Positions 27,801-42,500 of a stretch of 64,000 nucleotides of DNA are shown here, one piece after another. The notes below the pieces were generated by a model. The model ran no database searches. It was given only the letters and a program-made list of their open reading frames with translations, and was not told where the DNA came from. Each line of letters starts with the position of its first letter. Within the stretch, counting starts at the first letter, position 1. A program made the position numbers and the translations under genes. The DNA is from Eledone cirrhosa. Lineage: Eukaryota. The stretch spans positions 44,605,839 to 44,669,838 of the forward strand of contig OZ024756.1 of assembly GCA_964016885.1 (NCBI GenBank). Direction: 5' to 3'.

Positions 27801-28744
27801 CTGCAAAGAAAGAACTGCTACAGAAACTGGCTAAGAAATGGCAAGAAAAGCCTCTGTATGGAAAATACCCAGAGCGAGCTAACAATCCTGATGTTGACAA
27901 AACTTTAACCCATCAGTGGTTGGCATCCTCTGGACTGAAATCGGAGACTGAAGGACTGATTATATCCGCACAAGATCAGTGTCTGCCAACAAAAAATTAC
28001 CAAGCCAACATAATAAAAAATGGGTGCAGCCCATTATGCCGTGTATGCAAAAAACAACCAGAGACCATTGACCATATAATTTCAATGTGCAATCCTATAG
28101 CTCCAACCGAATACCTAAACAGGCATGACAGAGCTGCACAATACATACATTGGATAATGTGTAAGCATTTTGACCTGCCCCATCAAAAGAATTGGTGGGA
28201 GCATCAACCACCTCCCATACTTGAAAAAGATCACATCTCAATCTTGTGGAACTTTAGCATCCAAACAGACCGAAAAATAGATGCAAATAGACCTGATATA
28301 ATATTGAAGGACTTTCAAAGGAGGGTATGCCTGCTAATTGATATGTCTGTTCCAATAGACAAGAATGTATCTATAAAAACATTTGAAAAATTGAGCAAGT
28401 ATAAGGACCTGGAGATAGAAATTGGAAAAATGTGGAAATTGAGAACTAAAACAATACCAGTGGTTGTAGGCGCTCTGGGAATGATACCTAAGGGGTCTAA
28501 CGACTACTTATCGCAAATCCCAGGAAACCCGCGTATAGGAGAAATACAAAAGATAGTACTAATGGGAACTGCCCATATACTAAGGAAGATCCTGTCAATA
28601 TAAGTACATCACAAGTCTAAACACTAAGGATGCATGTGTGAATATGTGTGTTCTTTCTTGAACATGGCGGACCTTGTTGTCTCTTGAGGTCACTGGTTGT
28701 GACTTGGTGATAACTCGTATAAACATAAAGCAAGATAAATGCAA
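24802..28744 (+). mobile_element. R4/Dong-clade non-LTR retrotransposon B, apparently full length
   Basis: GC-rich 5' leader starting right after (TAA)n, single long ORF, 3' UTR running into (TAA)n. Confidence 0.88.
25223..28603 (+). CDS. RT + restriction-like endonuclease (element B, 1126 aa). The frame extends upstream to ATG 24962 across one TAA at 25049.
   Basis: WKSPGKD, YRPITCL, IDYKKAFD, GIFQGDSLSP, YMDD, CRVCKKQPETIDHIISMC, RHD, NRPDII; upstream in-frame KREKWSREDNKEVLEAFY. Confidence 0.95.
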   Translation: MYYPSNTSNTEQTYINWKKKHPENRGYIDSNKLANIRRNIVRKKLLTDIEIDQIKLLAQSQRRENETCVSENEVNCNTSNPRVGAESLATEQIKERIEKVEGVHAQDETPNGNNEIVNDKEMNENELANLKDEIMIEWMKMKESDMGQRDTLPKIQNSKQNQKIIHKTNIILKNIIITNKLNITDLNHLYYASAKVTTHLCGVKMKKQRNSHKKSTWQENVNHQINLLRSDIEILTNYKVGEHVKQTKLRKLKKKYSIKSTCDIDMLIEIIKQKVSAKAARIRRFEKRSRFYKDNNMFKNNQRNFYRKIGKSTITAKSIPPKEEVQEFWEKIWAEEKVHNIHAPWIDRQMKDTAHLEEQIWENITVEQLRLALRKTSKWKSPGKDKIQNFWINAFTESHELLAQLYNEIVKEPEKIPSWLVNGITFLLPKNDETNNPKNYRPITCLTTMYKILTSVLTEYTYDHLITNDLFPIEQKGCKRGSYGCKDQLLVNKMILEDCHNRHKNLSIAWIDYKKAFDSLPHSWIEKCLEIFKISPVIRRFLSFSMRTWRTTLLLNSETKSLEAGEVNINCGIFQGDSLSPLLFCIALIPLSKMLNETKHGYRVYDKTINHLFYMDDLKLFAKNDEQLQGLLSTVKQFSDDIKMEFGLDKCAKATFTRGKLLKSSDINLDRGNVIRELDQEQTYKYLGVCEGDGIKHSTMRERIRKECYRRVRAILRTELNARNRIDAINTLAIPVVTYSYNVINWSSTEIRRLDTKIRKFLTMHRMHHPKADIDRIYLPRKEGGRGLDIALKTATIGLSTYLRESHDWMIKLVLKHESTKRSYSITKDAQRYSNGLQISEVPFTAEMENTEKAKQVKVTAKKELLQKLAKKWQEKPLYGKYPERANNPDVDKTLTHQWLASSGLKSETEGLIISAQDQCLPTKNYQANIIKNGCSPLCRVCKKQPETIDHIISMCNPIAPTEYLNRHDRAAQYIHWIMCKHFDLPHQKNWWEHQPPPILEKDHISILWNFSIQTDRKIDANRPDIILKDFQRRVCLLIDMSVPIDKNVSIKTFEKLSKYKDLEIEIGKMWKLRTKTIPVVVGALGMIPKGSNDYLSQIPGNPRIGEIQKIVLMGTAHILRKILSI

Positions 28745-28929
28745 ATAATAATAATAATAATAATTATAGTTATGTATACACTATATACAACTATAATCAG
28801 GAAAGGTCAGTAATTTATTACTACCTTATTATCAGTAAGAAAAATAGCTCAATGTAAATATATGAGATGTTTTACAGAGCCGGAATATAAATTATACTAT
28901 AATCAAAGCTATGATCAAATCATTTTATT

Positions 28930-28974
28930 GCTGACAATCGTTTGTTCCAAACGACAGTTTGGAATCATCGGAGC
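28930..28974 (-). ncRNA. HHR motif, CCGANGA family copy 2 (G12 mutated, likely dead)
   Basis: Minus strand: GCT CCGATGA TTCCAAAC-TGTC-GTTTGGAA CAAA CGATT GTC^AGC. Confidence 0.5.
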
Positions 28975-29609
28975 ATTAGCAATGTTTGTACATATAATTA
29001 ACCTCCTATTTAACTGAACAATCATATAGATACATGGATATTAATGTTTCCAACAACAGTTTCGTATTTACAGAGTGGAATGGATGCGACATAGATTTCA
29101 AGAGAATTGTACAATAATTAAAATTAAAAATTAAAATTTAAAAAGGCACAGAATGGAATGCATGCGACAGAGATTAGTATAACAATTAGAGACATTAAGG
29201 TAGAAAGTTATTCGTGAAACGAGGACACTAGCAGTACATATGCGAGGGTATAGAAAGTGCAAATGCAATAGGCATATACAGGAAGGAAACAAACAATGGT
29301 ACTAGGCATATATAATTTCTGCGAGGCAAAGGTATCACATAAAATAACATATGTTTACAAGCAGGCAAAGCTGTTTTTGTATTAAAATTATTAGTTTATG
29401 GTGGATGTAGTGTCGTAATTGTTTCTGTAATGTTCAGATGTGTATGTGCTGAGAGTATCAATGTTATTGCTATTTTTTCCATCACATTGGCTATGTTTTA
29501 TTTTAGTGAATGTTTTTAATCAGTGACAGCCATGGATTGTATACCGGTCCTAAAATATTGTTATCCGGGATTCGATTTGTTGTGGAGTGGTTCCTCTAAC
29601 GGTTTAATA

Positions 29610-29645
<36 letters not shown>

Positions 29646-30609
29646 AAAAAATGAAATTTCATTTCTCACTCTTAGTACGGCTGATACTTAAATGTAAGTA
29701 TGTATACGTACATACATATATGCATGCAGACGTTCAGCAGTATGTATATACATACATACATGCACACATATATATATGTACGTATGGGTTTACCGAACAT
29801 TTATTATAATGTTCGGTTTGTTTGTAAACAAACAGCCCGAATTAAGACGTACAGTGTTCGGCAACCATCGTTGCCATTTTGTTCAACAATGACAAAGGAA
29901 CGATGAACCAGTTTCGAGCTTCTTATTTGTCATCAGCACCGTATACCTTCCTGTCAGATGATTGAACGTTTGAAAGTATATACTTTCCTTATGCATATTA
30001 ACGGCTGAGCAGCCTAATTTGCATATCGAGTGAGTTAGTCGGCCGGGCGCATCGAAAACGATGAATGGAAAAAATGAAATTTCATTTCTCACTCTTAGTA
30101 CGGCTGTACGGAATAATTCGGACTGTTGTGTTCGTACTGTTGGTAGAGATTGTAGTATAAGTTATTGTAACGACGTTGTTGGTTCTAGTTGTGACGCTGT
30201 GCTGTAGGATAAATGTTGTTGTGATATAAATATTGTGATGTGGCCTAAATGTTGTTGTGTCGAATAAGAGTTGTGTTGGTGCTGTGATGTGGAATAAGAG
30301 TCGAGGTGTTGTCGTGTGAGGTAAGAATTATTGTGGTGCTGTGGTGTGGGGTAAGTGTTATAATGGCGTGGGGTAAGAGATATTGTGGAGTGGGGTAAGG
30401 GTTGTTGTGGAGTGGGGTAAGAATTACTGTGGTGTGGTGTGGGGTAAGGGTTGTTGTGGAGTGGAGTAAGGGTTGTTGTGGTGTGGGGTAAGAATTACTG
30501 TGGTGTGGTGTGGGGTAAGTGTTATTTGTTTAATGTGATTGATTACGGTGTAATGTATCATTGTAAAGTTTCTTTCATAAATTAAAATAATACAATCTTT
30601 ATTACATAT

Positions 30610-33555
<2,946 letters not shown>

Positions 33556-33559
<4 letters not shown>

Positions 33560-35751
33560 CCCATCGGTGTAATGACTTGGGCTTTGGTGTTGGTGTAGAG
33601 CAGTGATATCAGGTCCACTATCTTCTTGGGGATTCCATAAGCCTGTAAGATCTTCATCAGGCAGTAACGGTCCACAGAATCAAAGGCCTTCCTAAAGTCA
33701 ATGAAAACCATGACCGCAGGAAGGCACTTTGCTCTAGCTCCCTCTAATATCCTCCTCAGCATCAGGATGTGACTGGTGGTTGATCTACCCTCTCTGAAGC
33801 CGTTCTGGTTGTCCCTGAGCTTCTTCTCCATCTCAGGCTGGATCCTGTTAAGAATCATCCTGTTGAGGGTCTTTTCCACAAGTGACGTCAGTGAGATCCC
33901 CCGGTAGTTGTTGGTGTTAGAGAGATCTCCCTTCTTTGGCACTGGGACGATGTTACTGATCCTCCACTGATTCGGGGCAACTCCTTTCTCCAGTGCCCCG
34001 TTACAGAACCCCAGGATGATATCATCAAAATCACACCTCTTCATCACCTCTGATGCCACTCCATCTTCTCCATGAGCCTTGCCCTCCTTGATCCTCTTCT
34101 TGGCTCTCTGAAGCTCCTCTCTGGTGAAGGGCTCTGTCTCAACATCCAGTTCCTCAAACAGCCGCCTGATCTCCCCAGTGTTCTGGGCTGTGGAGGGTGG
34201 CTCTCCTAGTAGGGTCCTAAAATGGTCTAGCCATTTCCTCTTCCTATCCTCGGGCCCCGTTCCCTGGATCTGACTCGAACACCTTCTCTTCCTCCCTGTG
34301 ATCTCGTTGATGATCATCCAGCTCTCCTTACATCCAGATCTGTCAACCGCTCTCTCCACACTTCTGATCTTCTCTATCAGTGCCTCCTCTCTGACCTCAG
34401 TGTAAGCGGTACAGAGCTCTTCCCTCATCACCTCCACAGTCTCCATCCTCTCCTCCGTAGGATCAGCATACAATTGGTCCCTGGCAGCTTTCAGGTGTTC
34501 TCTGGCTGCACACACTTTTGGGTTTGCAGAGCTGACGTGCTTCCCTTTATTCTTTTTCCTCGGCACCAGGGCTTCACTTGTCTCCGCCACTGCATTGGTA
34601 AAGTGCCCGTACCTCCTCGTCACACTCTCCTCAGTCCATCCAATCTCTCTCTCCTCTGACTCTCCACACAGAACACTAAACCTGTTTCTCACTTCCACTG
34701 TGAACCTCTCCTGTAGCTTATCATCTTCCTTGAAAGCTCCCCAGTCATAGATTGTTCTCCGGGGCTGAGCCTTGCTCTTTCTTAAGCTCACGCGGACCTC
34801 ACTCATAACAAGCCGGTGGTCACTACCCAGTGTACTGAAATAGCTGTATGTTTCCGTGTTCAGAACACTATTCCGCCACTTTTTCCTCACCAGAATGAAA
34901 TCAATCTGGGACTTGGACAGGTGCATATCTGAGATGTAGGTCCACATCTTCCCCAGATTCTTCCTAAACCTTAGGTTGGTCGCCATCAAGTTCGCCTCCA
35001 GCAGGGTGTCTCTCAGCAGTCTTCCATTTCGGTTGGTGTTGTTATGGAAGTACCAGCAAGGATCTTCACTGCCCTCCTTACTCAGGTGTGCATTGAAGTC
35101 CCCCAAAACAAGCAGGATATTGTGTGCCTGAGTGGTGTTGACAGCTCTACACACCTCCTCATGGAACTCTTCTGCATTCACATCGCTGTCCTCCTCGGTT
35201 GGACTATAGGCTGAGATGACTGTCAGTCTTGGGTTTCCATTGAAGGTCACCCTCAACACTCGCGGGGAGATAGGCATTATTTCCCTCACCAACAGATTGG
35301 TTTTTGCACTGAACACAAAACCCACTCCTCCTACTGCAGCATTTGTTGTGTTCTTCACTGCCGATGTAGTGATGAGCTGGCTCTTCTTCCCAATCATGAC
35401 ACTCCTCACGGGTTCATCGTGTAGAATCCTGTGTTCTTGGATCGCAAGTATCTGTATACCACTCTCCTCGAACAGATGTCCCAACTCCTCTCTCTTCTCC
35501 AGCGTCCGAATAGTCCTCACATTCAAAGTGCCCATTTTGATGGCTCTTCTGCAGGACAAAACTGCATTCTTTATATTTGTCTCAGAGACAGCTGATCCAT
35601 CATCCACTGGCCCTCTCTGTGGCTCTAAGCCAGCAGAGTCATAATGACCAGGCTGCTCCTTGACAGTGTAATTAGGGGCTCTAACCCTAGTGCTGTTAGA
35701 TCGACTCTCCATATTTCTTTTCAATGGCTGACAATACCTTACCGGCGCCAC
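33556..35751 (-). CDS. RTE ORF 5' part: AP endonuclease + RT N-terminus
   Basis: GTLNVRT, LAIQEHR, SAYSPT, LGDFNA, QIDFIL, SDHRLV, NYRGISL, QNGFR, FIDFRKAFDSV. Confidence 0.92.
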
Positions 35752-35991
35752 TCGAATAAGGTAGTTATTTAACCCATAAATGAAGCCCTGGGTATGACAT
35801 AATGTCCTGGGTATGACATTAAACTACATCCAGTGGCAAGGCTCCAGTTCGGGAGTTCAGGAGATGTGGAGAATGTGGAGTTACCCCTTAGTTGTCATGA
35901 CTCCCAGGTCTACCCTGGCCCAGGGTGGTAGTACCTGTTAGGGCTCCATTTATATATATATATATTCATATATATATATATATGGAGGAGG

Positions 35992-36052
<61 letters not shown>

Positions 36053-36085
36053 TATATATATATTCATATATATATATATCATATA

Positions 36086-36149
<64 letters not shown>

Positions 36150-36157
36150 TATATATA

Positions 36158-36191
<34 letters not shown>

Positions 36192-36271
36192 TATATATAT
36201 ATATATATATATATTCATATATATATATATATTCATATATATATATATATATTCATATATATTCATATATA

Positions 36272-36318
<47 letters not shown>

Positions 36319-36895
36319 GATATTAAACAAATGGAAACTATATTTATATTTATAAAACCATATTTATTTCGTTATATATATTTCTGGGATATCATATTAA
36401 AAATATGTTATGCCTTCCTCAGACAAAATACAATACATAAGCTGTTTTATAAATAATTAGTGACATACCTTGTGATAATGCAACTTCCTTTTAAAAAGTT
36501 GATTTGGTAGTGAAACTGTTATGATAGTTATATAGAAAGAAAACGAAGATGAGAAGAAGAAGATGAAGAGATGTATGCAAATAAAAAAAAGAAGAAGATG
36601 AAGAGATGTATGCAAAGAAAAACAACGGAGCGAGATAGAGAGACAAGGAGAGAGAGAAATACATTGATGGTGAAAAAACATAGTAGGCTGCTTTTTGACA
36701 GATGATCATCGTATATGTGAGAGGTTAAGGGAAGGGATACAGTTAAATTAGTGTATAGGAGAAAAAGAAAGAAAGAAACTGTTGAGTGCTTGTATATCAG
36801 TTATAAAATATTTACTCGTTGTAACCCAACAATCTTAAATAAAACTTTTGCATATATATTCATATATATAGATATATATATATAGATATATATTC

Positions 36896-37237
<342 letters not shown>

Positions 37238-37247
37238 CATATACATA

Positions 37248-37324
<77 letters not shown>

Positions 37325-37328
<4 letters not shown>

Positions 37329-37468
37329 AACCAAATGAATATATATATATATTTTTTTTAAATAAGACTCCAGTTGCATTTTCGATTTCATCTCTTTTTC
37401 TTTATACTTTCACTCGTGTAGGACACCTCGGTTATTTTTCATTTTGTAAAAAAATCCTCACTTTCTAA
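37325..37468 (+). mobile_element. Penelope 3' tail copy starting at the HHR cleavage site
   Basis: Begins AAGGAACCAAATGAAT after (TA)n; matches 60161-60303. Confidence 0.85.
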
Positions 37469-37499
37469 TATATATATATATATATACTTATATACTAAT

Positions 37500-38190
37500 A
37501 TAAACAGCAAAGTTGATATGGCCCGCAGAATGTGCTCCTGGATTCTCAGAACTTTCCAGTCGAGAGATATCCACACTGTTATCCTTCTCTCCTCCACTTT
37601 TACCCGACCCCACCTTGAATACTGTTGTCCACTGTGGTCTCCCCGCACGAAACAAAGTATCATGAAAGTTGAAGCACCACAAAGGTCAATTACAAAAAAG
37701 ATAGATGGCATGACAGGCCTTGACTATTGGAGTCGATTAGAAAAGCTCAACCTTTAATCTCTCCAACGTCGCCGTGAGCGCTACATTATCTGCATGATAT
37801 GGAAAATATTCCATCAGCTTTGCCCAAATGATGTTGGCATCACCTTTAATGTACACCCAAGGATTGGGCCCCGTGCTATCCGCCCACGACAAAAATCTCA
37901 CTCGCATTTCATAACAACAATACAGCACAATTATTTAACCTCAATTGGCCCTGCTCTCTTTAACATTACACCAAAACACATCAAAGCAGAAACAGACGCC
38001 ATCAAGCTCAAGAAGTCTTTGGATAAATTCTTTCAAGATATCCCGGATATGCCTCCGTAAACAATAACTCTCTGCTCGAGTGGGTCATGGTGCCTAAACA
38101 CTGATTTGTAAGACTTCGCCAGGTGGTGCTATTAAGTTAGACATGGCCTGGGCCAATATTGGCCGAAACCTATCAAAGTTATCAAAATTA
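37500..38190 (+). mobile_element. CR1/L2-group LINE 3' fragment (decayed)
   Basis: RPHLEYCCPLWSP..VEAPQRSITKKIDGMTGLDYWSRLEKLNL*SLQRRRERY. Confidence 0.8.
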
Positions 38191-38218
38191 TGTTATATAT
38201 ATATATATATATATATAT

Positions 38219-38337
38219 AGTTTTAATATAGATGAGATTCTACAGGACTAGAACTGTTTCATTCATTAGAAATCATCAGATGATTTCTAATGAATGAAAC
38301 AGTTCTAGTCCTGTAGAATCTCATCTATATTAAAACT
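38219..38337. repeat. Perfect palindrome (59-bp arms, 1-nt centre) centred on an HHR CTGATGA box
   Basis: Minus strand through the centre: CAT CTGATGA TTTC-TAAT-GAAT GAAA C AGTTCTA GTC^CTGTAG. Confidence 0.95.
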
Positions 38338-38403
38338 TTTATACTCTGCTATGTATTGAGTACCTTACTTACTGTGGTTACCTCCGATTCAACCCGGAAT
38401 AAC

Positions 38404-38462
<59 letters not shown>

Positions 38463-38531
38463 TATACATATATATATATACACATATATATATATACACA
38501 TATATATATATACATATATATATATATACAC

Positions 38532-38584
<53 letters not shown>

Positions 38585-38755
38585 CATATACATATATATA
38601 TATATACACATATATATATACACATATATATATACATATATATATACACATATATATATATATATACATATATACATATATATACACATATATATATATA
38701 CATATATATATATATACATATATACATATATACATATATACATATATATATACAC

Positions 38756-38790
<35 letters not shown>

Positions 38791-38835
38791 CATATATACA
38801 TATATACATATATATATACATATATACATATATAC

Positions 38836-39005
<170 letters not shown>

Positions 39006-39044
39006 ATTGCACAATAATCAAAACTATGTTCAAATCATTTTATG

Positions 39045-39089
39045 GCTGACAATCGTTTCTTCCAAACTTTCGTTTGGAATCCTCGGAGC
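39045..39089 (-). ncRNA. HHR motif, CCGANGA family copy 3
   Basis: Minus strand: GCT CCGAGGA TTCCAAAC-GAAA-GTTTGGAA GAAA C GATT GTC^AGC; 8-bp stem II, 3-bp stem I. Confidence 0.65.
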
Positions 39090-39939
39090 TCGGAGCACTA
39101 GCAAAGTTTAAACATATAATTAACTTCCTATTCAATTGAACAATCATATAGATACATGGATATTAATGTTGTCATCAACAGTTTCGTATTTACGGAGTGG
39201 ATTAGATGTTACAGAGATTAGAAGAGAATTGTATAATAATTTAAGCAGTATAGTGAGTACAAATGCGTTAGGCATATACAGGACAGTTTGGTAGGAAACA
39301 AGCAATGGTACTAGGCATATATAATTACTGCGTGGCAAAGGTATCACATAAAATAACATAGATTTACAAGCATATCAAGCAGGCAAAACTGTTTGTGTAT
39401 TAAAATTATGAGTTTATGGTGGATGTAGTGTGACAATTGTTTCTGTAATGTCTTCATTTATTATTATTCTTAATAATATATATATACTTATACTAGGTTT
39501 TCCCTACAATAGTATTTAGCGCCTACGCTTTTGTTTGTATGATTGTAATACGAAACTAAAAGTTCAATAAATATATTTCCCAAGTGTAATAGATATATAT
39601 TTCCCATGTTTAATACGTACGATACAACATAAAAAATAGTTAAACGATAAAATAGAGAGAAAGGAAGAACATTTTTAATAAAATCTACCAGAATCCTAAG
39701 TTTTAAGTGTTCTTTATTTACTATACATGGTGCTGATGGAATTGATGGAGTGCTTTCTAAATACCTTGCGGTATTCTGTCAATTCCAATTACGTTCTGCG
39801 TTCAGTATTAAGATTTATTTAATTGATGTAAACCCCTTTTACAAAATTGTGGGCCCTTTGCAGTATGTTGGAAATTATATTTTGTAAGGCACGCTTTTTA
39901 TTTTCTCTACGGTTTGTCTTATATAGTGATCTGTAATAT

Positions 39940-40135
39940 TAGGTCAAAGGCAGCAAGCTGGCATTTTTTTCTAGTCCAAATGTCAAGTATATTTCTTTTC
40001 TGAAGCGTACACCTATAGATCGTCCATATACAGGAGATGGTTATTTTTCTTGCCATAACATTTATAACCAAGTTCAGTGCCTGGCAGAAGGTATGTGTTG
40101 AAAGGAGTCCCCTTGATATATCCTTCTGTTAATTA
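39940..40135 (-). mobile_element. Decayed R4/Dong RT fragment
   Basis: Minus strand encodes NHLLYMDDL and TFGLEK-like motifs. Confidence 0.6.
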
Positions 40136-40189
40136 AAATGGGCTTATTATTATTATTATTATTATTATTATTGTTGTTGTTGTTGTTAG

Positions 40190-40400
40190 GGCGGTGGATT
40201 GGCAGTATCGGTAGAACGCCGGACAACATGCTTTGAGGCATAGAGTTATGGCCCTTTACTTTCTGAGTTTAAATCCCGCCGAGGTTAATTTTGCCTTTCA
40301 TCCTTACGGGGTCGATGAAATAAAGCACCAGTAACGTACTGGGGTCGATTTAATCGTCTTTCCCCTCCCCCAAAATTACTGGCCTTGTGCCTATAATAGA
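40190..40400 (+). mobile_element. tRNA-derived SINE just upstream of an sGC exon
   Basis: GGCGGTGGATTGGCAGTATCGGTAGA..GAGTTTAAATCCCGCCGAGG..TTTGCCTTTCATCC. Confidence 0.85.
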
Positions 40401-40582
40401 AATTATTATTGTTGTTGCTGTTGCTGTTGTTGTTGTTGCGATGGATTGGCAGTCTCGGTAGAGCGTCGGACACCATGCTTCGCGGCCTTGTGCCTAAATC
40501 AGAAACAATTATTATTGTTGTTGCTACTGATATAGTTGTCGTTATCCTTATGTTAATGCTATTATTGTTATTTTTTGGTCAG

Positions 40583-40765
40583 CAGCAGATGGAACTGAAA
40601 GGACAAATGATTCACCTTCAGGAGTCAGACGCCATCTTATTTCTAGGTTCACCGAGTGTCGAGAAACTAGATGAAATGATCGGCAAGGGAATTTATATCT
40701 CAGATATACCAATCCATGATGCTACCAGGGACGTCATACTAGTCGGAGAACAATCAAAGGCACAG
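40583..40765 (+). CDS. GUCY1A: Soluble guanylate cyclase alpha subunit exon (PAS/HNOBA); acceptor at 40583, 40586 or 40589
   Basis: [59 protein letters not shown]; CAG|GTAAG donor, phase 0. Confidence 0.93.
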
Positions 40766-40913
40766 GTAAGCACTGTTTACTTGTCTGTCTGTGTGTGTTC
40801 ATGTGCATGTATATATATATATATGCATACACACACATATATTTATATATGTGTGTGTGTGTGTGTGTGTGTACATATATATATATATATGTATGTATAA
40901 TTATAGATGTATG

Positions 40914-40949
<36 letters not shown>

Positions 40950-40996
40950 TATATGACAAGTAAGTGTGTTTTGAAACAGTGCGCAGGTTTGAAATT

Positions 40997-41197
40997 AGAA
41001 ATAGAATAGCTTTCACCGTATTTTTTACTAAAGAAATTTTAGTCTGATATGGGGTTTAGAACCCTCAGATAAATTGAAAAAGATGAGTATTGATGTACAT
41101 CAATACTCATATTTTTCCATTTATCTGAGGGTTCTAAACCCCATTATCAGACTAAAATTTCTTTAGTCAAAAATGCGGTGAAAGCTGTTCTATTTCT
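40997..41197. repeat. ~200-bp imperfect palindrome with no loop (centre GATGT|ACATC)
   Basis: AGAAATAGAATAGCTTTCACCG...TGATGTACATCA...CGGTGAAAGCTGTTCTATTTCT, several mismatches. Confidence 0.92.
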
Positions 41198-41300
41198 TAT
41201 ATATATATATACATATATATACACATATATATATATATATCTGTGTATATATAAAGAAAAAGTTACATCTATGGTGCAAATTCGTCAACTTTATAGTATA

Positions 41301-42444
41301 CTAGCATTAAAGCCGGCGTTGCTCGGGGTCAGTAAGTTACCAAAGTTAGGTTGCACCACCCATTGGCAGCACTTTTTTGTCTGCCAGGCACTGGGTGAAT
41401 GAATTGCAGACCTGGACTGCCGAAGCAGGAGCTGCGCCAGCAGTGACAATTGTAGTTACGCCTATGGATATTATCTCGGTGCAAAGAAGTGTTGAAATTT
41501 ATTGTTTCACAGTACTTGCGCAACACGCGCGTACGCGATGCCAGCCGAACAACAGAGCTGCGATGGAGTTGTTCTGCATGGTTGTCTAATGTGTGTTTTC
41601 TAAATTTAAGACAGTAGGGAGTGGTGTGATATGGGGGAGAGTTAGCTGCTGTTTCTAGCAGGTTTAGTGACCTCATAGAGGATATTATTGTGTATAGTAA
41701 ATGGACTGATACTTCTTTCTTCCACGTTCGTTGATAGATGTTTTAAAAAAGATTGATCGCTATTTCTTTTGTTGTTGAATAAATGTATATGTTGTTTTTT
41801 AATAAGTTCTCTTTGGCATTAAAGTAAATAAATGTTTGACCGTTCCACACTCAAAAACAAACGTTCTCTCTCTCTCCCTCTCTCTTAAAGTTTGTAAGTT
41901 TAATCATCATCATCATCATCATTATCTATAAAAGGCAGATTGTTGTTGTTGTGTGTGTGTGCATGTTCCATGTTTATACATTTGCACAATTTCAAACCGA
42001 TTCGACTCAATGTCTGTAAGAATGTTGCAAATGGTTTTAACTTAGGTCAACGATTATTTATTTCATTCAAACTCACCCACAATTATGGAAATAATCGATA
42101 AAACTAAATACATTGACGCTTTACCCCTCTAATACATTCAGATTACCTCTCTCTACTCCCCTTAAAATTCGATAAAACTACATACATGCTGCAACTTTCT
42201 CTGATGAAGGGAAGTAGAGAGAGGTAATCCGAATGTATTAGAGGAGTAAAGCGTCAATGTATTTAGTTTTATCGATTATTTCCATAATTGTGGGTGAGTT
42301 TGAATGAAATAAATAGTCGTTGACCTAAGTAAAAACCATTTACAACATTCTTACAGACTTTGAGTCGAATCGGTTTGAAATTGTGCAAATGTATAAACAT
42401 GGAACATGCACACACACACAACAACAACAATCTGCTTTTATAGA
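41301..42444 (-). mobile_element. Non-autonomous Helitron-like element
   Basis: Minus strand 5' A|TCTATAAAAGCAG; 3' CCCCGAGCAACGCCGG hairpin + CTAG|T, shared with the element at 61916. Confidence 0.6.
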
Positions 42445-42469
42445 TAATGATGATGATGATGATTAAACT

Positions 42470-42471
<2 letters not shown>
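41895..42471. repeat. Long inverted repeat (arms 41895-42163 and 42207-42471, 43-bp spacer)
   Basis: About 265-bp arms with scattered mismatches. Confidence 0.93.

Positions 42472-42500
<29 letters not shown>

Noticed and set aside
35860-35950. Twister ribozyme at the RTE 5' end
   Set aside because: Has UAA and GAG around a stem but lacks the conserved twister loop-4 and pseudoknot sequence; kept only as an unassigned structured leader
39998-40090. Possible upstream sGC exon ending at AAG|GTATGT
   Set aside because: The opposite strand encodes Dong RT motifs (NHLLYMDDL); no sGC similarity
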